64,000 nucleotides of DNA from Amphiscolops sp. MND2022. Its lineage: Eukaryota. Numbering within the stretch: position 1 is the first letter of the stretch; the number at the start of each line of letters is the position of its first letter. The position numbers and the translations under genes are program-made. The stretch is taken from contig OZ076409.1 in NCBI GenBank assembly GCA_964187785.1, positions 15,874,001-15,938,000 of the forward strand, given 5' to 3'. Below the pieces are notes generated by a model. It saw nothing but the letters and a program-made list of their open reading frames with translations. It was not told the origin of the DNA and ran no database searches. Shown here one piece after another: positions 49,162-62,801 of the stretch.

Positions 49162-52100
49162 TCACTGGGCAGTCTCTTTCACTTGATTTTGAGTTTTGGT
49201 GACGTCTCGCTTTGATTCTTCTTTTTGAAACATTTGTAGGAACTGTCTTCGAAAGTGACTGCTAGCCAGCACATAGGAGAAGAAGTTCAAGGAGTTGTTG
49301 AAACACGAGAAAACACCCTAGAAATACATATTGAGCTGCTTTTATTATTGAACCTTTTGTTTTCCGCATGTGATCACGAAATTCCAACAATTAGCTTCTG
49401 ATATGTTACTTCTACAAAAGTGTCCATGATCGTTTGCAAAAAAATTAACAGCAATTTTATCTAAATACCACTAAAACTTACAGCGGAAACATTCAGCAAT
49501 TTGTTGAAGAGATATTGTCGATAAGTGTGGATTTCAACACCTGCCGTTGTGATGAGAATAATTCCTATTCCCAAGTTCATGACCAGGAAACAAACTGACA
49601 CGAGAACCAATGAAATTGTTATCTCTCGCTCTTTGCGACTCACTGTTCCTTTCATCTTTCTCAGCTTGTACACTATCAAAATGTTTGAAGTCAGAATGGA
49701 GAAAAATGGAACCCCGATTAGCCCCACCATTATTATCCAAGATACATAGAGCTCTTTTTGTTCCTCTGTCAGAATTTCCCCACCAGTCATGAAACACTCG
49801 CCCCCGAATAGATCGTAGATTGTCAACACAGGTATACAAACGAACGCACTGACGCACTGCAGCGCCAAAGTTATACCAACAGCAACATTTGGCTTGCCGT
49901 ATGTTTTATAGGTGATAGGAATCCAAAGAGCAGCAACACGATCAAGAGTCAGGAATGCAAGTATGTAGTTAGCTGAAAAGCAAACAGACAAGGGACTAAA
50001 ATTTTTAAAAGTAACTCACTAATGAACTTTTTCGGAAGACGGTACTTACGCCAAGTGAATCATATAAGGGCATCAATATGAGATTCCAAAAAATAAAGAC
50101 GAAAATTTCTCCGCAAAAATCCGTCTTTGGATAGTGGAATAATCGAACACTATTAAAAACAGTATTGTGAATAAAAAAACGTCACCCGGGGCGAATTTAG
50201 GCTCCGTTTTCTCGAAATCTGTTGAGAATTTTGAAAAACATCAGAATTGAAAATTTCTTAGAATTTCATCCAGTTTATTTTAGTGTTTCTGAAATTCTTC
50301 TGGAACAAAAGTTGAGAGAGTTACAAATAGCTGATTTTGAGAAAACCTGGAACTTTTTTCCCGTTTTTCCAATTTTTGACCGTTTTAGCCACAGTATTAT
50401 TGGCATGGTTTATGATCAATTATTTACAACAAATCTACTGAATCTATGGATATTTTTCGATTTCAAAAATTATCATCCGTTTTTGAAATATCATACACGA
50501 AAGGTAAAGTTTCATCGATTTGCATGTATAAGGATAGTAAATGAACGTTTCGCGGTGAAAAAGTGCGATTACTTTTTTATTTAGAATGATTTTGAAACAA
50601 AAAAGAACTTTTTGAATTCTAAACAATCTGCAGAAACCTATGAATTTAAACTTTTTAGAGAAAATTTCCAAAACCTGTCAAAAACAGGGAAAATAGCAGA
50701 AGTGTTCTTTCTGCGCCTGAGATTTCGCTTGATGCGCCAATCAGAATTGGAAGTGAGAGCAAATAAGCTATTCTAATTGGTTGATAACGACGCTCAGCGC
50801 ATTGGGACAATTTCTTAATCACAGTACTGTATTCTCGAAAAAAATTATTTAACTCGTTTGATCAGGTGTTTTACTCCCTCGAACAACCCCCTGTCTCCTA
50901 GCCGGAATTTCTCATCTTCTTTCAGGCACCTGTCCCTGACCAGATCTCAGAGTTGCCTGAATCTGAGGAAATCTTTGGTCATTTATGGCCTCATTTATGG
51001 CCCTTTGAATCTGGGAGCTGACAGAACTTATAAACTCACCCATTTCTTGAGAAATCCTTTCATTCAACTCGTCTGACAATCTATTAAACTCACTATTGGA
51101 GTCTGATTCTCTCACACTATGGCCATTTTGGTCATATCTCCTAATCTCCGCTTCACGAGAATTGGAGTGTAACTGAACGTTTTGATTTATCAAAGCGTTT
51201 TAACTTGGACTTTCAGGCCTCCTGCTAAGTTGCTTGAATCGCTTTCTTCCCTTCTAGGTTGTTTCCCTAACAATATGTCAAGGTTCTCTATGTCAGATAT
51301 TATTTCTTGTTCTCTTGACTTTCTAGCTTTTTTCTGTTTTCTAGTGGTAGGCATGAAGAAGGTCCGAGTATAATAATTCGAATTAATTCGGATTGGAAAA
51401 TCAATTGAGAAGGGTTAAACAGCAACAATTGTTTTGTTGTTAACTTCATCAGAGTAGGTAAAACAAAATTGTGTCCTCCTCCGGAGAGTTACTGGTATCT
51501 ATACTCCCCATAGTAGGACAGTTGCATTCTTTACAATCAAACAACATTCTACCTAACATATATCATGTACAAAAATTCCATAAATAGCACGTGATCATTA
51601 GTATCCCTTTATATCAAATGGCTTCAGTGTCGTGGAACAATCTCACACATAGCACAATCTTCAAGCTTATTCCTAAGGAAGATACCATCCTTTCACGGCA
51701 CACATCAAAGCATTATTGTCAATGAAAATATGCTAAATATGCAATGAACACGTCAGGCTAGTGTTAGCACGCGTAACTTGACTGGTTGTCCGAGTAAAAT
51801 GAACTTTGAATTTACATGTTTGTGGATCAATATCAATGTGCCGACACTACTTTAGCTTTCATATGAGCCAGAATAGGTCCGGAGACTAGCACTTTTATTC
51901 ATAACTCTAAACTAATAATAACCACTTCAAACACCAACAAGCCGAGAACGGCCAAAGTCGGCGTTATATCTAAGGCTCAAAACGTGCAAAACTTTCAAAA
52001 AATGCTCCTGACGTTTTTTATGAAAAACTCACAAAAACGTTTCACCCAAAGGAAGCCTTCCGTGCTGGGAAAACGCTTCAGAAGTTCGGATATAGCGGCT

Positions 52101-54577
52101 GGGACAAATGCGAGCACTTGTTTTCGAACCTCCGCCTCCTCCTCAGTGAAACGGAATATACTTCGGAAATAACGTCAAAAATTTGGAAATAGCGCTTTAC
52201 TCCGGATATTACGTTCAAGTTTCGGAAAGTATTGAAAAAAATATTGGTGGGTATGTTTTGAGAAAACCTAACGTCCGATGAAAATTGACAATTTTGAACC
52301 GTCTAATAGTGCCGAAAAATCTGAAAGAGGACCCTTTGGTCTTTTCAAACATCTATTATGTTCCAAAATATCAAACAAAAATGAAGGGGGACCCTTTTGT
52401 ACAATCAAAAAATTTTCGAAAAAAAGTCTCTCAGTGCCGAAAAAATCCAAGTTAAAAACACCCAGATAGCCAAAGTGGGGATCCTTAGTTGTTTTCAAGG
52501 TTCTGGACGTCGGTTTTATAATTTTGGATGAGGTTCTAAGGTTTGCGGTATATTTGGTCAAACTGAACAAATAAATGAAAAAGTGGACCTTACGCGAGTA
52601 AAAAAAACAAAAACTACTCCCTGTAAGAGTCGGGCACATTTTCTACTAAAATTTGCCGACTAACAAAAATAGTACTTATCCAAAAGGTATTGATCATTCT
52701 ATGTTTACGTACTCAAGTAGCATCATTAGTGGATTAGAAGCGTCTCAGGCATCTTATTATATGCCTGCCCGGAATCGGCTTTTTGCCTAGTTATCAATAC
52801 TGCACAAGCTGAGATTGGTCAAACGTCCTTAACCGGCAAGTAATGTTGTCACATCTTAGCACCAACAATGAGCTGTGATTGGCTAAAATGTATAGTTGAG
52901 CATCGTTGCCGCAAAGGTACAGAAATATATTCGAACTCGTTTCCGTATTGCTTTGCAGTCAACCTTCTTTAGATTGTTTTGTATCAATCCAAATACATCT
53001 ACAGCAAGTTGGTCAAATCAGCAACGTTAACAGACTAATAACAAAACATTCTATAATATAACAAAATTTCAAAAGAGTATATTAGGATGAAAAACAGAAT
53101 AAGTTCCGGTTTAACTAAATGTTTGGTTCTCTAACATTAGTAGGTGGGCAGCGTCCCGGGTACAATTTCCTGTCCTTCGACCGTAGTTGTTATCGCTGTA
53201 CCGTCACAGGCGGCAGCCTGCGACATTGCGTCTGAAAGTTTTTAGTGACACGTTTTGAAGTATAGAATGTAGCCCAGAAACATGCAAATGTAGTAAATCG
53301 AAACGTACACATAAGCTGTTTCTTCCACTTTTTGAGCACCTATCTGATCTGAAAACCCTTCTAATTTTCAACATATTGTAAAGACCCTAACGTTTTGTCA
53401 TTGAGCACTGTGGATAAATACGCCAAAGAAAAGCTTTGGCACTTGTATGGAAATTGCATAAAAAAGATAGAGAAATTTAAAAATGAAACCTATGTGAAAC
53501 ATTTTTGTCAGTTTCATACTGGGCACTTTTCTCAAGGAAATCAAGATGTTTCCAATTTTGCATAAAATATTATTTTTTCTTTTCCGGTATTATGATCATG
53601 GACGCAAAATAAGAACAAAAAATGACTATTTTGAAGCCAGGTCTCAACAAAGCACTTAAAGTTAGTGTTTTTTTCGCATATAATAATTTTCAGAGACTGG
53701 ATTGATCAGCCAGAAAGAAGACAGCTAAATTGGCAATTGAACTGGTTCAGTGACACCATCTTTTGCTGGATGCATATGACGAAAAAGTCTCAGGAAACAA
53801 AAGTACCAGACAGTTTGATTAAAATACCCTGTGCATCAACGAGCAATTTCAATCCAAACTTTTGAACCCGCTTTTCGTACATAAAGTCAGCCGTGATAGT
53901 TTTCTAAACTTTCTATTACTGAAAACATTAAAACATGCTATAATCATCAGGAGCACTGTACTTCTTATTTGCATCTAATATAGATTCATTTTGTTAACAA
54001 AAATTGTCGTTTTGTTTTTAAATTTTTTGTCCGCAGAAAACATCAATTTCCAGGCTCAGTTTTTAAATTCAATCAACTGTTCAAAAAATGTGTTCGACAT
54101 AAACATTTCCAACAACTGTAATGGATAGAAGTTGAATTTTAACAACTTCTCGATGACTTCTTGTTCTTTCCTTGATGTTGACAATTCAACTTTGTCAAGG
54201 GTAAGGTTACGGGCCCCATGTACATATTGACTTACCTCCAAAAGAAGTCGCACTTGTGAAATAGAAATGTATTTTGCACGTGTAGCGGTTGAGAGTGATC
54301 AGTGGGAATTGGAAAAGAGCTGAGCCAGAAGCAATGAGACCATCCAAGAAGACAGACGCCGAGTCAGCCAAGGCTAGACACTTGATGAACATAGTACCTG
54401 AAGTCCTATTCCCCAGGCGAGAAGCTGTGAGATACGCGAAGCAGTTGCCAGTGAGACCAATGATTGCTACCACCAGACTGAGACACCATCCAATGTAGAT
54501 GCCGATCTCCAGATCCAGAGTATATTCTGTTTTAGATCCATAGAGGTAACCCTCGCCATCAGTCTCATTACCACAAC
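49162..54577 (-). CDS. Rhodopsin-class GPCR paralog C; exons 54577-54236, 49972-49482, 49317-49162; first exon/start not located
   Basis: In-frame GT/AG splicing (491-nt middle exon), GLTGN, LALAD, LTLDRV, NNSLNFFSY, FRRQF. Confidence 0.85.
50865..53225 (-). mobile_element. Truncated relative of the 29829-31429 LTR inside a GPCR C intron, interrupted by a HINE
   Basis: Minus strand starts TGTCGCAGGCTGCCGCCTGTGACGG; contains the homologous ORF start at ~51354; far end missing. Confidence 0.8.
51936..52663 (-). mobile_element. HINE/DINE-1-like copy
   Basis: AACAAGCCGAGAACGGCCAAAGTCGGCG ... AGTCGGGCAC...TTGCCGACTAA. Confidence 0.75.
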
Positions 54578-54725
54578 CTGGACAAACCGTGTTGAATGAA
54601 CTTCGTACTATAATAAATACTGACGTCAAGAAATCAATTTCACTTTCACGTTATTCAAAATCGAAATTAACTCCTTTCAACTTTACTTCGGGGCTTCAAA
54701 TTCTCTCAGAAAACAAATCGTCTGA

Positions 54726-55012
54726 TTTTTAGTCGGCGTTTTTGGAGAAAAAGCACGACTTTTACAGTGGCTCAGTGTTTTTTCGGTTTAGGGGTAACCA
54801 AGCGGTCCCGGGTTCGAGTCCCTGCTTGAGCCAGAAACTTTTTTGTGTATTTGCAAAACCGGACGAGGCTAATGGGTTGCCCTTTTAATTTTTTAAGCTT
54901 TGTGAGAACTTTTTCGAAAAATTTATAAGATCTCCAATGGGCCCCTTCAGTTTTGCAACTTGGCTTTCTGAACCTTGAGCGGGGCGCCGACTTGGGTTGG
55001 TCTCGGCTTGTT
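54726..55012 (+). mobile_element. Short HINE/DINE-1-like copy containing a tRNA-like segment
   Basis: TTTTTAGTCGGCG ... GGCGCCGACTTGGGTTGGTCTCGGCTTGTT. Confidence 0.7.
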
Positions 55013-55088
55013 CTAAAGACGTCTCAGATTACAGTGCCGCACTTCTTCCGTTTTCAGGCTGCTCGTTTCTCAAAATCATTAATCAATA

Positions 55089-57658
55089 CCCGGGTTGACC
55101 CTCTTACTAGCATCTTGGCTGTCTTGGCAAGATCTTGCCAAATTCTTACTACATCTTGGCAACCATGGATCCCATGGCAAGATTCTTATTCAGATCTTAC
55201 TTAGATAATACTTATTCCAAGATCGTATCTTATCACGATGGACAAATTTTTAAGATTATAAAAAAACACTATACCTTTGGTGCAAGCAGCCGAGACTCAA
55301 TCTAAGCGCTCATTTCACCCAACAACGACTATTTCTACTCGTTTTCATAATCAAAATGCTTAAACCTGCTGAAAAAATTTTGCATGCAAAAATGCGTGAA
55401 AAATTACTATAACGTATTCTGGCTTCCAAAATTTTGACGAGAATCCTAATAACTGCCCACCTGTTTAGGACTGAGAGATGCGAATGTACCAAATGAAAGT
55501 TCATTTCAAGGGCTTTTCAAAACTTGTAATTTATCACTCCTGTCGATTTCAGAGACGGAGAAATATGGTCTCAAACGTCCAGGCCCACTATCGGAAAGTT
55601 ACGAAGGAAAGACCTTAAAATACGGAAATTTTTGTATAATTCATATTTCCAGCTTTCTTTGAGCCTGTTTCAGCAGCCTTATCACTGCTAGAAACGGCGG
55701 TCCTTGCACTAATTAGGGTAATGATTCAGCTCAGGGCTTTTCTGACGCCGTTGTTGGCGATAGTTTTGCAATTGAATGAACAATTTAACCAGCGTCTTCC
55801 TAAATAAATATCTCTTCAATCAAGTTTTATGGGAGCGGGACAAAACAGCCGATTTTAAAACGAGACAAAACAGCCGATTTTCAAAACAGAACAAAACAGC
55901 CGATTTTTAAAACGAGACAAAACAGCCGATTTTCAAAACGGGACAAAACAGTCGTTTTCCAAAACAGAACAAAGAACAAAAGTTAAGAGAAACAACAACG
56001 CAGTAAATCAAAAAAAGTCAATCATAAAAACAAAAGAAATTAACAGCTGGTAATATTAGGCCGCTTTAATAGTGCTACTTTGCAGTAATTACTAATTATA
56101 GTTCCATTGGGCAAGAAAATAAAAGTGCTAATTGATACTTCCGCACAACCAAATTAACTGAAAAGAAATCATTTGAGTTCAGACTTTCACCAGGCAATAG
56201 TTTCACGTTCGTTTACAAAATGAAACTCATCATCAGTCAAAAAGGAAAGCAACTTGCTGTCCTGGATTCATATTTTTATCGAGGCGGTAGTATTTTAAAA
56301 AATGGCACAGTGCAGAGGAAGAATTAATATTATCGAAAATATTGCCATCCTGAAAAGACGCAAGCTTGAAGATTTGCATCAAAGAATCCATGTTTTAGTT
56401 TCGAGCTACGAGTTGGCAAAAATTGATATTTTGAGCTTTCTCTGTGGAATGTCACACAATGTCGCCATTTAATCTTGTAATTTCAAAAAACTTTTCATTT
56501 GACGCCTCCTTTTTGTTGAGATGTAGTTTTATTTTATTTTCAATTTCAAATATTTATTGACCTAATTTTTCATCAGTTACAACTAACGGGCACCCGGTTG
56601 CGTCCTCCCTCGGGTACCGAAGGTTGGCGCACTACTCCCCATAACTGCTCTTTTATGTAGCCACATTAGAACCATGCCCGGAAACCACAAGAGCGTGACA
56701 GAGGAATCACACCAACCTTTTAGAGGAGTAGCACTTGTGTAAGTTTTTAATTGTAACTGAAGTTTTCGAAAAATGACTTCAAGTGTTCAATTGACTTTCA
56801 AAGTTTGTTGGCGTTCAATTGTGTTTTACGAACTAATTCTTATCACAAATATTTAGTCACATCACGTTCACACTTTCAAATGGACGTCATCGATGGTAAA
56901 ATTTTGAACGTGTATGGCATGTTGTTGAATACATTTTCAAATTGCGTCATACCATTACATCATTCTCTCCTTTTCGTATAATGCAAACTATAGTGCAACG
57001 AAAGTTTTGAATGCGTTCAATTAATATGTTCAATTGGCTTTAGGACGTTTGCAAAGAACGCAACAACCTTGAACTAATTAAAATAGGCTGAACTTCAATT
57101 TGAAATTGCAAGCTGTTGAAATTGCATGCGGTTGAAATTGCAAGCGGTTGAAAGTGAATGCTGAGACGCGAACTGGTACTTGCTTATCGGTCAATGCCGT
57201 TTTGAAGCAAAGTTGCATAATCCAATAATTGTTTAATTGCTTGGTTGCTTTCTTACGCATTGACAAAATCGGCGATTTTGTACTGTTTTAAAATCGGCTG
57301 TTTTGTCCCCATTTAAAAATCGGCTGTTTTGTCCTGTTTTGAAAATCGGCTGTTTTGTCCTGTTTAAAATCGGCTGTTTGGTCCCGCATCCAAATTTTAT
57401 ACATTGCTAACAGACGTTTTAATGTCTAAAAATATAAATCTGCAGAAGGGTTTTTGTTGACTGCCTTTCAGATTTTTTTTCCTAATAGGATTTTACAATA
57501 GAAGTTTTCTTGGGAACATGGCTCTCTTGGTAAGATCTTACCATGACATCTTGCAATTCTTGCCAATATCTTGGCAAGATCTTAGCTAAGATTTTTCCAA
57601 GATCTTGGCAAGATCTTGCCAAGATCTCACTAAGATATCCATGGAGGGTCGACCCGGG
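55089..57658. mobile_element. Non-autonomous TIR DNA transposon flanked by TA (superfamily uncertain)
   Basis: TA|CCCGGGTTGACCCTC ... GAGGGTCGACCCGGG|TA, with subterminal TCTTGGCAAGATCTTGCCAA arrays at both ends. Confidence 0.85.
55831..57391. mobile_element. Mutator/foldback-type element with TIRs built from ~25-bp tandem repeats, nested
   Basis: Left arm (ACAAAACAGCCGATTTT..)x~5, right arm its reverse complement; GG...CC termini; 9-bp TSD AAGTTTTAT/AAATTTTAT (1 mismatch). Confidence 0.85.
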
Positions 57659-57787
57659 TATGTCAGTAGCATTTACCTACTTAGCAGTTGAAATTTTAAG
57701 ATAGGCCGTCACCGGCTGATTTTGAATTGTGGAAGAAACTAAATAGGAAAGTGAAATTTTTTTGCTTCGACTTCACCAAAAAAAATT

Positions 57788-58190
57788 GAGCCGAGACCGG
57801 CCCAAGTCGGCGCCATATCGAAGGCTCAAAAATAGCAAAAGGACTCCAAAGTTCTCTTCTACAGCACAAGAAAACATTTTTTGAAAAAAAGTATCACAAT
57901 GGGGAAAAAACTGAAAAGGTGAGCTTTTGGGATTTTTCAACATCCATTCTGTCGCAAAACTTCAAAGAAAATTGAAGGGGACCCTTTGGTGAAAAAAAAA
58001 TTGAAAAAACAATCGCATAATGCCAAAAATAAAATTGAAGGGGACACTTTTGTCTCGCTCGGTATTGTATGAAACGCGGAAAAAAGGAAAACTTTTTTGG
58101 TTCAGTTCCCTTGGCCAACAGGTACAATTTAAGATTTTGTAGAACTTTTGGTAGAACTATTTTGGTCACTTCTGGTGTATCGAAAAAAAA
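57788..58190 (-). mobile_element. Partial HINE/DINE-1-like copy
   Basis: GCCGAGACCGGCCCAAGTCGGCGCCATATC...; body closely parallels 42160-42489 plus 48418-48640. Confidence 0.7.
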
Positions 58191-61100
58191 ACGTTTTCAT
58201 TTATTTTTATTCATTGTTCTTTGAAATTCCAAGTAATGAAGCTAAAATTTTTGGATTCATCTCAAAAAGATCCGGTAAAGCGTAACCAGGCTCGAAGCGC
58301 TAGCTTCGATGAGATGAGAACGTTTCACGTTGAAAATTAGGCTGTGCTGCTCAATTCTTTTATAAGAAATTTGATTATTCGATTGTTTTTGCAGGGATTT
58401 TTCGATGACCAATTTCTTGTTGACTATACCGTATATGGCAACTTCAATGTTACGGAAACCCAGTCAAAATTTTACGGAAACTCAGACAACATTTGCAGAT
58501 TTGGATATGTAATTACCTGTTATCGTTGTTAAATCAATCCTCCCTTGAGTTATTTGGTCATCTGTGGAATTGCTGCAAAGTGCGTCGATGGTTCCAGAAT
58601 CCATTTCCCGTGTAGCGCAGTGTACCACAGTGTAGCAAGAGAGGTTCCTGTTTGTTACGAGTTAGATCTCGCAAATGGCGACCAGTTTTGAACTATCGAT
58701 GTAAAAAATGAGAGACGGTTTAATCAACAAAATGAGATCTCAGTTTCAAAGTATGTTACTCAAGTGGAAACAGACTCTTGAATAAATGTCAACATCTTCA
58801 GCTTTGAATTTCATTTTTCAAGAAGGTAGTGAAAAATTTTGAATTAGGGTTCTTCATTTTGATCAAAGTCAGCTAGATTGAAGAATGGGAAGCATTAGCA
58901 TTGTTAATACGTAGAGAAACTTACTGAAATCAGTAAGAAAGGGTTCAAGTTGAGATAATTATTCTATCATTAAAGTTTCGTCAGTGTGAAAATAAAGTGA
59001 GATTAGAAGCAAAATTTTAATGAGGCACAAACTTAGAAATTTTTTGGTAAATTTGGTGCTGTTTTTGGACTAAGAAGAATGGTCACCTGGGATTTTTTGG
59101 GTATTTTTTTAATGTGTCTTTTCGAATTCTTAGACCTCTTTTTTTCAATTAAGTACCGTGGTACATTTAATTCGCCAAAAAACAAATGAACCCTAAAATA
59201 AAACTACTTGATAATTTTGCGTTCTATATAGCTTACCCGTCTCGACAATTTCAGAATTGACAGACAAATGAAAATCAAGCTCGGTGAATTTTGAAAAGGC
59301 GGCAAATTATGCTTCCAGTCAAATCAAGTTCCTTTGAAGGTATTCTTTTCAACCTGTTTAGATAAACTTGCTTACGACGCAACTGGCTTGTGAGCTTCAA
59401 AATTCATTCAAACCTTGGGTTACGGTATTTTTAAAATAATTTTCCCTTTCATTGGGATTCTATTTGCCCCGTACGCAAAGCTTTGATCTTTCTAGCCACA
59501 GGGGTTACACCGCGGCCCGCCATTTGGGGGAAAAACTGACCTATTGTTATATTTTGGACCTTGAATCCAAAAAAGTAAAGAAACTAGGGATTGACATCGT
59601 TAATTTTTTTGCTAATCCCCAGACCGCTAATTTCAAAATCACTTTTTCGCTGAAAAATTTTTTCTTGAAACTATCAAATGATGGACTTTTGCAAGATCAG
59701 TTTTTGTAAGAAAAATAACTGGAATTTTCATACAGTGTGGGTTTTACAGATAATTTTTCGAAATTCATTTTGAAACTCCTTGTATTTTCCGAGAAATTTT
59801 GAATTTGGACAGGCTTTTAGTTGCTGCTAGTTTGAATCGCTAATAGAATCGCTGATTTATTCTGCGCGGTCGCTAAATCGCTAATTAGCGGTGTCAAAAC
59901 GCTGGAAGAAAGTAACTTTGTTTTCGCTGAAATATCACTCTTATAAAACATCCAATTTTGTTTTTGATGTTTTACAATTTCTGTTTTTCGAGTTTTACTG
60001 CATCTTGAAACACATCAGTGGAAAGTGTAATTACATTAGGCAAATGAATCACGAGAAATTTTTCAAGGTCACACGTGAAATAAAACAATTCAGCTAAAAT
60101 TTAGAAAGTGTTTTTTCGAAGCTTTTTTGAGAGTTCAAAACGTTATTGTTACTGCTGAGACAAGAGTAAAACGGAAAGCGAAATTTCTAAATTCGAATAT
60201 TGATAAACAGTAAGGTCAGTCGAAAAACATTCTCGTTCATTATCTGATATGTCAGTTCAACTCCACCCAAAACGTTTTTCGTGAACTTGGCTGTTGAAGT
60301 GACAACTGACAACATACGTACTTCTAGAGGGTTTCAAACTAGCGTGGATGTTGCGTGCGCAATTAAATAGGATTAGATTAAAATCGTTCATTTTCAAGGC
60401 GCTATAGCATAGAGGATGCGCGTTAGCCTTCCGATCATTAGACCACCGGTTCAGTTCCGGATACCGTCAAATATTTAGTTCCAAAAATATTTTGATTTTC
60501 GAACTTTGCTATCTCGAAACTTCTTTTGTTTAATAATGTTTGTAAACAACTCGATGCTCATTTATTTATTTGATATTGTTTATTCGTGGGTTTGAAATAT
60601 CATTCAGTACGGTTTTCGACTCGAGATAATTAAAGTGTTCCTCTTTCTCCTTTCAAATAAAAACAGGCTGTACGAATTGAATTACAGTTTCTTTTATGGT
60701 GTCCAGACCAGGATCTCAGAAATTATATCTCATTCACAAACGTTCCAAATGAAAACCACCGACCTCATTATCTTATTGTCTCGAAGGAAAATTCTGTAGA
60801 ATTTACAAGCAGTGTTTATTTACAAAACAGCAGTATAAACAATATAAACACCAACAGTCACTCGTAGGGAGTTTTCAAATCTACTTCCACTTGACCACGT
60901 CATCTACCGTGAGTCTTGCACAATTTGCAGTGACGTCTTCGTCTTGTGTTCCGGAGGTCGCGACCTACTCATTGAATTCAGTGACCCGACGTGTGACTTC
61001 ACCTGATGACCTTTTGACTTGTTCTCTTCTTCCTTCACCCACGCAGAACAAAGCAGAGCTGGATCTGTTAGGTACCACTCGAAACGACCACTCGTGGAGG

Positions 61101-61705
61101 TTTCAGGAGAGGAAAACTCAAAAACACCCCCAAACGTGACATCATGGACGACAACATTACGAAGCCATTCACTCATGAACTTATCTTCTTTCCTCACTGG
61201 CTCAACTTCGTCAACTAACAATTTCGAAACCAAAACACAACATTACCCAAACCCACCGAGGAGCCCCCCAATTTGCCGAGAATACCCATAGTCGTGAGTA
61301 ACTGGGAACAATATCTGATAAACTTTGAAAACTCTTTAAATTTTTAATTTTTCGAGATAGCAATATAAAGTTACTAGCGTCCGTAAACATCAAATGCATG
61401 AACTTTACTAAAATAACTACGTGGATGTGAAATCTAAAGTTTGAAATTCGAGAAGTTACACTTTTTGGAAACCTAAACTAGTAACATTGTCTTATCTAGC
61501 AATTGGCAAGTTTTGTCTGATTTTGCGAATTCTTCAGAAATCAAGAGTCACATTTCTGAATAATAATTGTCGGAAGTCAACTTGCTGAATTCTTTCAAGA
61601 GAAGCGATCTTTCATGTGAATATTGTAAATGTAAAATCTTGCAAGCCATTTTTTGTCTCGTTTTGAATTTGTAAAACCTTCGAACGGAACTTTGAAAAAA
61701 AACAC

Positions 61706-62227
61706 ATGGTTTTCATAATAGCAGCAAGCTCTCTAGATCATGCTTTGGAAACGTTATCCCCCGAAAAAAGAGATCAATATAAAGAAAAAATCTTCTCTAT
61801 CCCGGGCCTAAGTTTAAATCCACACACAAAAAATCCGCAAAAAATTGTCCAGAATCTGCTTTCTAAAGTTCTGAAAGACAAAAATAACATCGTAATCTGG
61901 CATGATGTGATAAATAACAGCATTTCACGTCATGATAGTAACAATTTCAATGCTTTATCCGTGCATGATCTGATTAAAGTTTTGAAAGGCCTTCAGGACA
62001 AGCTCAGTTCTCTGGTTTACTGCCACCGTTTCCGAACACCGAACATTTTTGATGCTTTGAATGTTTTAGAAACCGATTATAACATCAAAGTATTCAACGT
62101 TGTAAAAGATTTCATCTCATCAAAAAAGCAGAAAGATCCCCAGTTACTGAAAAAATTTAAAGCATTACACCAGAGTGCTGAGCTTGAACTGAAGAACCTT
62201 GACCTTCTTTTACGTAAAAGAGAATGA
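61706..62227 (+). CDS. Small SGNH/GDSL-fold-like protein
   Basis: FIIAASSL (block I Ser), SIPG (block II), IVIWHDVINN (block III), ALHQ (block V His); a basic tail may continue after a frameshift to ~62323. Confidence 0.55.
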   Translation: MVFIIAASSLDHALETLSPEKRDQYKEKIFSIPGLSLNPHTKNPQKIVQNLLSKVLKDKNNIVIWHDVINNSISRHDSNNFNALSVHDLIKVLKGLQDKLSSLVYCHRFRTPNIFDALNVLETDYNIKVFNVVKDFISSKKQKDPQLLKKFKALHQSAELELKNLDLLLRKRE

Positions 62228-62801
62228 ATTATCATCTATAAAAGATAAAAGCCGTCCAAAAAGGCCCAGCAAGCGTGCCCGAAACGCTAGCAAAAAGGCT
62301 CTTTTAACCTCCTCGTTTCAGTGAACCCCCTTTCCCCTTCTTCGTCGCTCTTGTGGAGACGGTGTCCAAACTTCATTGTTTGGTTGAAGTCTTTACAAGC
62401 CGTTAGGAGTCCATACTGTCAAAGTAGTGTCCAGACTTGATTGTTTGGTTGAAACTCTGGCAGTATTGTCCTGGTAAGCCCTCTTTCTTCCGAGACCGCG
62501 TTTTTAACGCACCTTTGAGTTCTTTGTCCGTCGTCCCCGTAGTCTAACACTACTTTTAACTTTAAACAAAAACAAAAATCACGCTTCAAGCAGAAGCACC
62601 GCTATCGGACCGTAACGTTAGGGTAAAGCAGTGTCCTAATCGTTGTCAAATACTCTTTCTGGACTGTGTCCGAACTTAGTTGTTCGGTTGACGTCCAGTA
62701 AAGACTGAGTTAACCCCAATTTTCCCGAATTCAACAAAACAGTACCAAAACCGAATCCCACAACTCTCTTGTCATTTGACCTAAGTACCGAACTGTTGTC
62801 A

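Noticed and set aside
55831..55965. CRISPR-like repeat array
   Set aside because: Units are head-to-tail without unique spacers and are mirrored as an inverted arm at 57.3 kb; eukaryotic transposon TIR
58200..59080. Possible minus-strand LINE RT remnant
   Set aside because: Only faint motif echoes with no usable frame; not supportable
60669..61700. Defined 5' LTR and PBS for the BEL/Pao-like element
   Set aside because: Candidate TGT...ACA ends exist, but there is no convincing TGG-type PBS or second LTR in the window
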